DNA from: an uncultured Verrucomicrobia subdivision 3 bacterium
Lineage (GTDB): Bacteria > Verrucomicrobiota > Verrucomicrobiia > Limisphaerales > UBA8199
DNA: 58,661 nt
Direction: 5' to 3'
Assembly (NCBI GenBank): GCA_903912925.1
Contig: CAIWJG010000374.1
Location: 1 to 58,661 of the forward strand
Below, piece after piece: positions 42,701-54,700 of the stretch (its first letter is position 1; every line of letters begins with the position of its first letter). The notes under the pieces were generated by a model, which was not told where the DNA came from, ran no database searches, and saw only the letters and a program-made list of their open reading frames with translations. Made by a program: the position numbers and the translations under genes.

Positions 42701-45700
42701 TATCCGCTGCCGTCGGCGTATAGGTCGCGCTGAGCGTGGTCGCGTTCGGCGTGAACGTGCCACTGGTCGGAGACGACCACGTCCCGCCCGTAGCCCCGCC
42801 GCCCACGGTGCCGCCCAGGCCCGCCGTCACACCGGTCGAGCAGATCGTCTGGTTGCCGCTCGCGCCCACCGTGGCCGCCGGGCGAATCGTCACTACCACT
42901 TGCGCCGTCGCGGCGCCGCAAGGCGTTTGCTGGCCCGTTGTCGTCAGTGTCAGCGTGACCGTGCCCGCCGTCTTATCGGCTGCCGACGGAGTATAGGTCG
43001 CGTTGAGTGTCGTCGCGTTCGGAGTGAATGTTCCGGCGCCCGGAGACGACCAGGTGCCGCCCGTGGCGCCGCCGCCCACCGTGCCGCCCAAACCGGCTGT
43101 CAGACCACTCGAACAGATCGTCTGATTGGCACCCGCGCTGGCGGTAGCCAGCGCGTTCACGGTCAGCACTGCCGGCGGGGTGGAGGTCTGCGCCGGACTG
43201 CACGCGCCGCTGACGATGACCTGGTACTTGAGGCCGCTCTCCGCCAACGTGGTGGCGGCGATCGTGTAGCTCGTATTCGTTTCGGTGTCGCTGATGTTGG
43301 TGAAGGTCACCCCACCATTGGCGCTGACCTGCCACTGGTAGGTCAGGTCCGTGCCGGTGGCCGTTACGGAGAAGGTCGCCGCCGAGCCCGCACACTTCGT
43401 CAGGCTCGCCGGTTGCGACGTAATTGTCGGCAACCCGTGGACGGTCAGGACCGCCGGCGGCGCTGAGGTAATCGCGCTGCATGCGGCGTTGTCAATGATG
43501 ACGTGATATTGATAGCCGCTTTCCGCTACCGTGGTGGCCGCTATCGTGTAGCTCGTATTGGTCGCGGTGGAGCTGACATTCGCGAAGGTCGCTCCGCCGT
43601 TCGTGCTGACCTGCCATTGATACTGCAAGCCGGTGCCCGTGGCGGTCGCCGTGAGGGTCGCCGGTGATCCGGCGCAATTGGTCTGACTCTGCGGCTGCCC
43701 TGTAATGTGCGGCGGCGCATTGATGGTCATGGTCATGGACGCGGTGGCTGCTCCGCAAGGTGCAAGCTGTCCACTGCTGGTCAGCGTCACTGTGGCGCTA
43801 CCCGCCGCCAGCTCCGTCTCGGTGGGAGAGTAGGCTGCGTTCATCGTCGTGCTATTCGGTGCGAATGAGCCCGCCCCGCTCCAGGTCGCGCCGGTCGCCG
43901 CGCCCCCATACGAGCCGTTGAGCGTCACCGTGCTGCCGCTGGCGCAGATCGTCTGGTTGCCGCCCGCGTTGACCGTGGCCGCTGCGCGGATCGTCACCAC
44001 CACTTGCGCGGTGGCTGCCAGACAAGGCGACTGCTGGCCGGTCGAGGTCAGCGTCAGCGTCACTGTCCCGGACGTAATGTCGTTTGCCGACGCCTGATAG
44101 GTCGCGTTCAACGTGGTAGCATTCGGGTTGAAGGTGCCCGAGCCGCCACTCCAGGTGCCGCCCGTGGCGCCGCTCACCGTGCCGCCCAGGCCCGCCGTGG
44201 CGCTGCCCGCGCAGATCGTCTGGTTGCCGCCTGCGCTGGCCGTGGCCGCCGGGTGGATGGTAATCGTCATGGAATTAGTCGCCGCGCCGCAAGGCCCGGG
44301 CGGATCATTGCTAAACAAGCTCAACGTCGCGCTGCCGGCCGCAATTTCGGTTGCGGTAGGAGTGTAAATGGCGTTGGTCGCATAGATGTTCGGCAGGAAC
44401 AAGCCCGCGCCGCTCCAGTAGGCCAGCGTCGCCCCGCCGCCGAATGAGCCGGCCAACTGAGTGGCCGGACTGATCGAGCAAACTGTCTGGTTCGGCCCCG
44501 CATTCACCTGCGCGGTCGGGTTGATCGTAATGGTCATGGTCGAGCTCACCGATCCGGGCGGGTGGGTCGTCAAAGTCAGCGTCGCACTGCCCGCCGAGAT
44601 TTCACTCGCGCTCGGGGTGTAAATCGCGTTCATGGTCGTGCTGTTTGGCGCGAAGCTGCCGCCACTGGTCCAGATGGCGCCCATCGCGCCATTCCCGTAC
44701 TGGCCGGCCAACTGCGTGGATTCGCCCGCACAAATCGTCTGATCCGGGCCGGCGTAAACCGTGTACGGCAAGCCCACGGTCAGCACCGCCACCGTTGACG
44801 TCTGCCCCGGGCTGCACGAGCCCGTGACGACCACCCGGTATTGCTTGGCGTCGTCGGCCAGCGTCGTGGCCGGGTTCGTATAGCAGGCATTCGTGGCGAT
44901 GGCGCTGATATTGGTGAAGGTTACGCCGTTGTTCCCGCTCACTTCCCACTGATAGGACAGGCTCGCGCCCGTGGCTCCCACGCAGAAGGTCGCCGGCACG
45001 CCGGAGTTCACCGTTACATTGGCGGGCTGGCTCTCAATGGCCGGCGTGGCGTTGATAGCCACGATGACCTGCGCCGTGAGGGCGCCGCAAGGCGTCTGCT
45101 GGCCCGTCGAGGAGAGCGTCAGCGTCACCGAGCCGACGGTGATGTCGTTTGCCGACGGCTGGTAAGTCGCGTTCAACGTGGTGGCGTTCGGGCTGAAGGT
45201 TCCCGAGCCGCCACTCCAGGTGCCGCCCGTGGCGCCGCCGCCCACCGTGCCGTTCAGGCTAGCGGTGGCGCTGCCCGCGCAGATCGTCTGATTCCCGCCC
45301 GCGCTGGCCGTGGCCGCCGGGTGGATGGTGATAGTCATGGACGCGTTCACCGACCCGCAAGGTCCGGATGGACGCAGAGTTTGCGGTTCATCCGTCGTCA
45401 ACGTCACCGTGGCGCTCTGCGCCGCAATCTCACCCGCGGTCGGCGTGTAGGTAGCGTTCATGGTCGTGCGATTCGGCGCGAATGAGCCCGCTCCGCTCCA
45501 GGTGGCACTGGGCGCCCCGCCACCGAAGCTGCCGGCCAGCGTGACGCTGGGGCTGCTCGAACACACCGTCTGATTCGGGCCCGCCGCCACCGTGGCCGCC
45601 GGGCTGATCGTAATGGTCATGGACGCGCTCGCCAGCCCGCAAGGCCCAGGCGGGTTGTCCGTCGTCAGGGTCACCGTCGCGTTGCCGGCGGTAATCTCAC

Positions 45701-48700
45701 CCGCGGACGGCGTGTAGGTCGCGTTCATGGCCGAGTTATTCGGCGCAAACGAGCCCGCTCCGCTCCAGGTGGCACTGGTCGCCCCGCCACCGAAGCTGCC
45801 GGCCAGCGTGACGGTGGGACTGCTCGAGCACACCGTCTGGTTCGGACCGGCATTCACCTGCGCCGCCGGGTTGATGGTCACCACCACTTGCACCGCGACC
45901 TGGGGGCAGGGCGCCGGCGCGTCTGTCGTAATCAGCGTCAGGGTCACCGTGCCCGCGGTGATGTCCGCGGCCGACGGAGTATAGATCGCATTGGGCGTGA
46001 TGCTGTTCGGCGTGAAAGCGCCGCTGCCCGAAGTCGTCCAGATGCCATTGGTGGCGCTGCCGTCAACGATGCCGCCCAGGGCCGCCGTGGGCAGTCCCGA
46101 GCAGATCGTCTGGTTGCCACCCGCGCTCGCTGTGGCTTCCGGGTGGATGGTCACCACCACGGTCGCCGTGGCCGCGCCACAAGGCGCCTGCTGGCCCGTC
46201 GCGGTCAGCGTCAGCGTCACCGTCCCCGTTCCGATTAGATCATCCATGGACGGAGTATAGGTCGCATTCAACGACGTTGCGTCCGGGATGAAGTCGCCCG
46301 TGCCGGAGGATGTCCACGTGCCGCCCGTGGCGCCGCCGCCCACCGTGCCGCCGAGCGCGGCCGTGTCGTTGCCCGAGCAGATTGTCTGCGGACCGATCGC
46401 GCTTGCCGTGGCCGGCGCGTAAACGGTCAGCGCCGCAATCTCGGAGGTCTGGGACGGCGTGCAGGCGCCGCCGACGACGACCTTATATCTATTGCCGTTG
46501 TCGGCCAGGGCGGTCACTGCGTTGGTGTAGCTTGCATTGGTCGCCGTGGCGCTGACGTTGGTGAACGTGAGACCGCTATCCTGGCTCACCTCCCACTGAT
46601 AGGTCAAACTGGCACCCGTGGCGGTCGCCGCGAAGATCGCCGGCGAGCCGGCGCAAACTGTCAGGTTGTTCGGCTGGCTCGTAATCGCCGGCACCGCGTG
46701 GATGGTCACCACGAGATTCGTCGAGGTGGCGCTGCAAGGCGATAGCTGCCCCGTAGTGGTCAGCGTCAGCGTCACCGTGCCCGCTGACTTATCGGCATCC
46801 GACGGACTATACGTTGCATTCAGCGTCGTCGCGTCCGGCGTCAGCGTGCCCGTGCCCGAGGAGGTCCAAGTGCCGCCGGTGGCGCCGCCGCTCACCGCGC
46901 CGCCCAGACCGGCCGTGCTTTGGTTGGCGCAGATCGTCTGGTTGCCGCCCGTGCTCGCCACGGCCGCCTTATGCACTGTCACTACCACTTGCGCGGTCTG
47001 CGCCGTGCAGGTGGACAGGTCGCCCGTCGAAGTCAGCGTCAGCGTCACCGTGCCCGCCGTCGCATCGGCCGCAGTCGGCGCATAGGTCGCGTTCAGAGTC
47101 GTTGCGTTCGGCGCAAACGTGCCGGTGCCCGAGGTCGTCCACTGGCCCGTCGTCGTGCCGCCGCTCACGGTCCCGCCTAATCCAACGGTGGTTCCACTCG
47201 AACAGATCGTCTGGTTGCCGCCCGCACTCACCACGGCCACCTTATGCACCGTCACTACTACCTGTGCGGTCTGTGCGGCGCAGGTTGACTGGTTGCCCGT
47301 CGAAGTCAGCGTCAACGTCACCGTGCCCGCCGTCGCATCGTCCGTGGACGGCGCATAAGTCGCGTTCAGAGTTGTCGCATCCGGCGAGAACGTGCCGGTG
47401 CCCGCGGTCGTCCACTGGCCCGTTGTCGTGCCGCCGCTCACCGCCCCGCCTAAACCGAGGGTGGACGCAGTGGAACAGATCGTCTGATTGGCCCCCGCGC
47501 TAACCACCGCCACCGGCTGGATGGACACCACCATTTGCGAGGTGACTGCCGGACAAGGAGTTAGCTGGCCCGTCGTGGTCAGCGTCAGGGTCACTGATCC
47601 CGCGGAGATATCTGCCGGCGAGGGGTGATACGTTGCGTTGAGCGCGGTTGGGTTGGGCTGGAAGGAGCCCGTGCCGCCGCTCCATTTGCCGCCGGTAGCC
47701 CCGCCGTTGACCGTGCCGCTCAAGTCGGCGGTGCCGATGGAGCAGATCGTCTGGTTGGCGCCCGCGCTGGCCGTGGCAGGCGTGTGAATAGTCAGCACCG
47801 CCGGCGGCGCGGAGGTGGCCGACGGAGTGCAGGTGCCGCTAACGATGACCCGGTATTCATTGCCGTTTTCGGCCACCGTGGTGACATATTCCCCGTAGGT
47901 TGGATTGGTCGAGGAATAGCCATTGCTCGCGTCGGGGAGGATGTTGGCGTAAGTCGTGCCGCCATCGGTACTCACCTGCCATTGATAGCTCAGGCCCACA
48001 CCCGTGGAGGTGGAGTAGAAGATGGCCGGGGACCCGGCGCAGAGCGTCAGGTTGGTCGGTGAGCTGGTAACTGCCGGCAGTTCATAAACTGTCAGCGTCG
48101 CCGCGTCAGAAGTGTGGGAGCCGGGGCACCCGGCGCTGCTGACGATGACCTGGAATTGATTGCCGCTCTGGCTGATCGTGGGGGCCGGGATCGTGTAGCT
48201 CGCGTTGGTCGCGCTGTCGCTGATGGGCGTCCAGTTCGTGCCGTTATCCTGGCTTAGCTGCCAGAGATAGAGCCAGCCCGTGCCCGAGGCGGCCACGGTG
48301 AAGGTCGCTGGAGAGCCGGCGCAATTGGTCAGGCTAACCGGTTGGCTGGTAATGGCTGACGGGTGATTGATGGTAACCGTCATGGTCGAGATAGCCCTCG
48401 GGCAAGGCCCGTTCGGATCGTCGGTAGTCAGGGTCACCGTCGCGCTGCCCGCGGTAATTTCGGCCGCTGAGGGAGTGTAAACCGGGTTCATGACGTAAAT
48501 GCTTGGCACAAACGTGCCTGCGCCGCTCCAGGTTGCGCTGGTCGCAACTCCACCGAAGGAGCCCCCCAATTGCGCGGCCGGGCTGATCGAGCAAAGCGTC
48601 TGGTTCGGCCCTGCGTTCGCCGTCGCCACCGGGTTGATCGTAATCGTCATTGACGCAAACGCCGCCGGGCAGGTCCCGCCCGGGTTGTCGGTCGTCAGGG

Positions 48701-51700
48701 TCACCGTTGCGCTGCCCGCCGCGATCTCGGTAGCCGTGGGGGTGTAAACCGCGTGCAAGGTCGTGGCGTTCGGCACGAAGGCGCCGGCGCCGCTCCAGGT
48801 GGCGGTGGTCGCCAGGCCACCGAACGAGCCCGCCAACAGGGTGGCCGGGCTGCTCGCACAAACGGTCTGGTCGGGGCCGGCCTGAACCGTCGGCGCTTCG
48901 TTGACCGTCAACTCAGCCGGCGGAGTGGAGGTAACTGCCGGAACGCACGCGCCACTGACGATGACCTGGATGAGCTTGCCATCGTCGGTGATCAACCCAG
49001 CGGCCGGGATCGTGTAGCTCGCATTAGTCGCGTCGGTGACGCTGCTCCAGCTCCCGCCGAAATCAAGGCTCTCCTGCCACTGATAGGTTAGGGCGGTTCC
49101 CGTGGTGGATACGGCGAACGCCGCCGGATGACCGGCGCAAACGGTCAGGTTGACCGGCTGACTCGTTATGGCTGGCAGAGCATGGATGGTTACTACCAAT
49201 TGGATGGTGGCGGGCGTGCAAGGCGAAAGCTGGCCCGTCGTGGTCAGGGTCAGCGTCTCCGCGCGCGCCGTCTTATCGCTCGCCAAAGGATGGTAGGTTG
49301 CGTTCAGCGCGGTATTGTTCGGCACGAAGGTGCCCGTGCCGGCCGTGGACCACGTGCCGCCCGTGGCGCCGCCGCCCACCGTGCCGCCCAGGCCGGCCGT
49401 GACCTGGTCCGCGCAAATCGTCTGGTTGCCGCCCGTGGTGACGGTGGCCAACGGGTGGATGGTGACCAGCACATGGGCCGTCTCCAAACAAGGCAGAAGC
49501 TGGCCCGTGGCGTGCAACGTCAGCGTGACCGCTTGCGCCGTCTTATCGGCTGCCGACGGCGTATAGGTCGCATTCAGCGACGTCGCGTCTGGCAGGAACG
49601 TGCCGCCGCCCGGCGACGCCGTCCAGAGTCCGCCCGTAGCCGCGCCGCCCACTGTGCCGCCCAGGGCGGCCGTAACGTCGCTCGAGCAGATGGTCTGATT
49701 GGGACCCACCGCGGCCGTTGCGGCCGGGCTGATCGAGATTGTCATCGTGGAAGTCACCGGCGCGCAAGGCCCGCTCGGAGCATTGGCCGTCAAGGTCACC
49801 GTCGCGCTGCCCGCCGCGATTTCGCCCGCGGTGGGGACGTAAATCGCGTTCGTCTCATAGACGTTCTTTACGAACGTGCCGGCGCCGCTCCAGTAGAAGG
49901 AGTTCGCCGTGCCGCCGATGGCACCCGCCAACTGCGTTCTGGGTGCGTCCGCGCAAACCGTCTGGTTCGGGCCCGCATGTACAACCGGCCCCGGCAGGAT
50001 CACAATCGTTGCCGTCGAGACGGCCGGCACGCAAACCGAGCCCGGTTGGCTGCCCGTCAAACTCACCGTCGCGCTGCCTGCCGAGATTTCGGAGGCGCTG
50101 GGAGTGTAGGTCACGTCCAGGACGTTGTTGGTCGGCGAGAAGGTGCCAGCGCCGCTCCACAGGGCCACGTAGGCCCCGTTCCCGATAATGCCGTGCAATA
50201 CGGCCGTCGGCGCACCCGAGCAGACCGTCTGGTTCACCGGGTTGGCCGAGGACGAAAGCCCGATGCTCACGGTCAATTCGGCTGGCGGGGCGGAGGTAAT
50301 GGTCGCAGTGCCCGGGCCGCTCACAATGACCTGGTAGAAGTTGCCGCTGTCGGCTAGCGTGACCGCGGGGTTCGTGTAGCTCGCATTGGTCGCATTGACC
50401 AGGTTGGTGTAGGTGAGGGCGTAATCATAGCTCACCTGCCACTGATAGCTCAGGCCCACACCCGGCACGGTCGTCGTGAAGACGGCCGGGGAGCCGAGAC
50501 ACCCGGTGAAGCTTACTGGCTGCTCGCTGGGAGTGATCACCAGGTTGGTAATCGCGCCCGCATGGTTCTGCACGTAATTGTAGCTGTAATTCAACCCGGC
50601 GTTGCCGTCAGCCACCACGCCGGACGGCGTCAGTGTCTTGCTCGTGCCCACATTGATATTGTCGTAGGTCTCCGGCCAGACGGACACGATGTCCGGGCTG
50701 ATGATATTGGTGACCGCCAGAATCCCGCGCGTCACCGCGGTCGTCGTGCCATCGTACATCTTGGTGTTGGGCTGTGCCGTGATCGTCAGCGGTATCTGGG
50801 TGATCGTGCCGATATTCTGCGGCACGTAGCTGTAGGCATAATTCGCCCCGCTATTGCCGTCGCTCACCAGCAGCGCCGCCGGGGTCAGCGTCTTACCCGT
50901 GCCCGCGTTCCGGTTGTCGTAGGTCTCTGTCCAACTCGGCGCGATGTCACTCGGCTGGATGCCGCCCGGCTGCACCGTGGCCACGGCCAAGGCAATAATT
51001 GCACCGTCGTAAAGCTTGGTGTTGGCGCTCGCCGTCACGGTCAGGTTGGTCTTTGCAACCGCTACGGTGCCGCTCGCACCGACCAGTGTATAGTTGGTTG
51101 ACAACGCGCCTCCCAAGGTCAGCCCATTAGTGCTAACGATAGCTATCGTCCCCCCGATATTCCGGTTGCCTAGTGTCGCGCTGCCCGACAAGGTGAGATT
51201 TCCGCCGTCCAGGTTGTTGGGAGCAGTCAGGTTCCCGGCTATCACGGCTGTAATGCCGTTATAGGTTTTTGTGCCGACCAACTGCACGGGCCGGGCCGTG
51301 ATAGTGGCGGTCAGCCCCGTCTGCTGGGTCACGCTGTAATTGCTTGCCCCCGACCCGGTGGCGGTTACGCCCGAGACAGTCACCGGTTTGGCTGCTCCTA
51401 CATATGGGGTCGCAAACACCCCGACTGGCGGTCCGAGCGCGGCCACCGAGTCCACCGTGTAGGGCTTGCCGTCGGCCGTGGTGCCGGTGCCCGCGGCCTC
51501 GCCGGCTTGGAAGGCCGGCGTGCCGCTTAAAACATCCGCCGTCGTAGCATCATACGTCTTGTTGCTCGCAATCGAGCCGCTCACCGTCAATGCCTTCGGA
51601 GTTATGGTGCCGGTGCCATTGACTCTCACGGCCGTGTAGTTGGCGCCTGCATTCCCGTCAGTAAAGACGAGGTTCGGTATAAGATTTATACCCGAGCCCA

Positions 51701-54700
51701 CGCCTCGCGTCGCATATGTCTGGCTAGCCACCGCAGTATCTCCGCAATAGAGTTGCCCGGTATCGTAGGTCGGTAACACGGCACTGGTCGTAGTGCCGTC
51801 ATATATCTTGGTAGCTGTCGCCGCCGTCACCGTTATCGGCTTCCCGGTGACCGCCACGGTTCCGCCGACCGCGGTCGAGTTGGTGTAGTTCGAAGCTGCT
51901 GAACCGCTCAGGGCGAGCGTGTTTACCCATTGGTTCTGCCGGAAGGTGGCAATACACGAAGCCCAATCCACAGCCCAGCCGGCAGTAAAGTTGTTCATCG
52001 GAGCGTTGAATTGCGCCGAGCCTGCGGACGGCGCCGCATAATAGTATCCCAGGGTCCTGATTCGATCCGAATAGTTACAGGAGCTGCTGCCCGAGTCCGT
52101 CGTCCCGATCGAGACAAACAAGCTGGGAGTCGTAGGCGTCGGATAGGACAAGCCGCCAGTGGCGCAGGAGGATGTGGAGGTCGTGCCAGAACCGTAACCC
52201 TTCATACTTCCGCCGGCCACCCAAAGTTCCGGCGCCGCTGTCGTCGTGATCGCCGGGCCGGAGTCAAAGGCGCCATTTGGGCCCGAGTTGCCGGAGTTGC
52301 CTCCCGACACGTCCAGCGGGCTGCCATACAATACGCCACTGAATTCTGAAATCTGAGCGCCGGCCCGAACCGTGTAAGAACCGAAATTGATCGTCACGGC
52401 CGTGCCAGGAGTGCCCCGGCACGTAACGTTGCCATACCAGATTTCTTCGGAGATCAGGCCGTTGGGCTTATACCACCCTGCGGCGCGAGTCCAGGTCACT
52501 CCGGTCTGAGTAACGTTCAGCACGGCGTTAGACGTATCGGTAGCATTGCGGTAGCCGATCGTCGCGATCAGGGTGTTCCCGATCGCCGGAGCGGCACTCA
52601 GAGTTATCGGTATGGACGTGCCGGTATCGATGAGGCCGGTGCCGCGGTTGGCCACAAAACTCGGGGTTTGACTGCCGGGTGCCTGGACTATGGTGGATCC
52701 GGCATTCTGGTTGCCCGCCTTGGCGTCGCCCGATACAAACAACGCCGCGCCGTCCAGGTTGCCCACGACCGACATGTTCGTGCCGGACAGGACCGTGGTG
52801 TTATCGAACGCCTTGGTGCCGCTTAGGGTCACCGGCTTGGGACTGATGGTCAGCGGGGCCGGATCGGAAACACTTCCTGCATAACCTATGATACCCAGAC
52901 CCGGATTACCTTCGCGACCGCTGTACACGGCAACGATGGCATGCGGATTATCCGGCACCGTCAACTGGGTGGGGGTGGGTGTGTAATGCGCGACCCCAGT
53001 GGTCCCATCCAGGGTAACGACGCCCACGACAACGCCGTTGTCCTTGAAGGTTACCGTCCCGGTTGCATCGATAGGGGTCACTCTGGCGGTAAACTGTGCC
53101 ACGGAACCGTAGATCTGCGGCGTGGCAACCGGGTCCAACGTGGTAGTCGAGGGCAGTGACAGTTGCACCACGTTGAGCATCAGAGTATTGCCGTTGACTT
53201 CGATAAAGCCACCAAACCCGGTGGCAATGGCCGGACCACTCGCCGTGAATGTCCCGTTCGTCGCCAGGCTGCCGGTGGCGACCTGGATCAACGGGTAGAT
53301 GCCTACGCGCAGCGGCGCATCGGCGTCGATCGTAAAGGCGTTGCCGTTCAAGGACAAGCTGCTCTGCGAAACGGTTAGGGCTGGTCGCACCGTATCGATG
53401 TACAGGTAGATAGGCTGGACGGCATCGATCGTGCCGCCGGCGGGGCCTTTAAGGGTGGCGACACCCGTGTTGTCGGCAAGACCGCCCAGCGGAGGGCTGA
53501 AGAACGGGCTGGCCTGGGCAGAAACGTCAAAGGTCGATCCCGGTCCGACCCGGACCTGAGAAAGGAGCGAACCGCCGCTGAGCAAAGCTAGCGTGCCGCC
53601 ATTGACGAGGGTATTGCCGACGTAAGAGTTGGCATTGGCGAGACTGAACGTGCCCGTGCCGATCTTGGTGAGAGCCACTGTGCCGGCGGTGTTCTGCATA
53701 ATGCCGCTGAACGTGCTGCTGGCATTGCCATTCCCCACCGTTAGCGTCGCAGCGCCTGCGGCCAAGTTGTCCACGATCGCATTGGCGCCGCCGGTGAGGC
53801 GGGCGACCGTGTTGGCGGTGCCGTGGAGGTCGAGGCTCGCAGTGTTCGCGTTCGCGCTGGTACCGAAGATCAGATCGGTCCCGGGCAAAGCGCCCGAGCG
53901 GTTCAGTTGCAGCGTGGGATTGGCGCCCGCGCTATTGTTAAAGGCGTTTCCGGTCACGCCGATGGTGGTGACGCCCGCGTAAGAGCCTGCGCCATTCAGC
54001 ACCACGGTGCCACTATCCCAAACCACGCCCAGGCCGTCTGCGCCGCTAATGGCACCATTGATCGTGAAGGTGGTGCCCGCACCCGCAGCGAGGTACGCGC
54101 CGCCGCCCGGCAGGGAGACGCTGCGGTTGGCAGCCAGTGACAGCGACGAGCTGCTCAATAGTTGGCCGCCGCTGAGGGTGACGTTGACGGCTGGGGTGCC
54201 CGGCACAGCGCCCAACGCGGCGTTGTCGTTGATTTCGAGCACGCCGGCGTTGACGAAGGTCCCGCCGCTGTAGGTGTTCGCGCTGGAGAGTACCAGGGTG
54301 CCGACGCCCCATTTGCGCCAGCCGGCACTGCCCGCAATTGAGGCGGAGATTAGAGCGTTCGCGTCGTTTGTAATGGCGGGTAGATTGGCTAGAACGTTGT
54401 CCAGAACCTGAACCGAGCTGGGGGCCAGGGTCAGAACATTAGCGCCACTGCCCACAACCGTGTAGCCCGGAACCTGGAACCAGATCGAGCCGGCAGTAAT
54501 GGGAGTGTTCAGATTGACCGTGCCGCTCCCGGTTGCGCCGAAGGTGGCGGAGTCAGGCCGCATGTTATTCCATTTAGCCGTACCTAAATTCCAGTTCGTG
54601 TCGGTGGTATTCCAGTTGAAGGTGCCGCCATTCCACACCATATTGCGGGGCAGGATCGTCGGTCCGACCATGTCGGCGTGGCCCACAAAAGTGGGCACCG

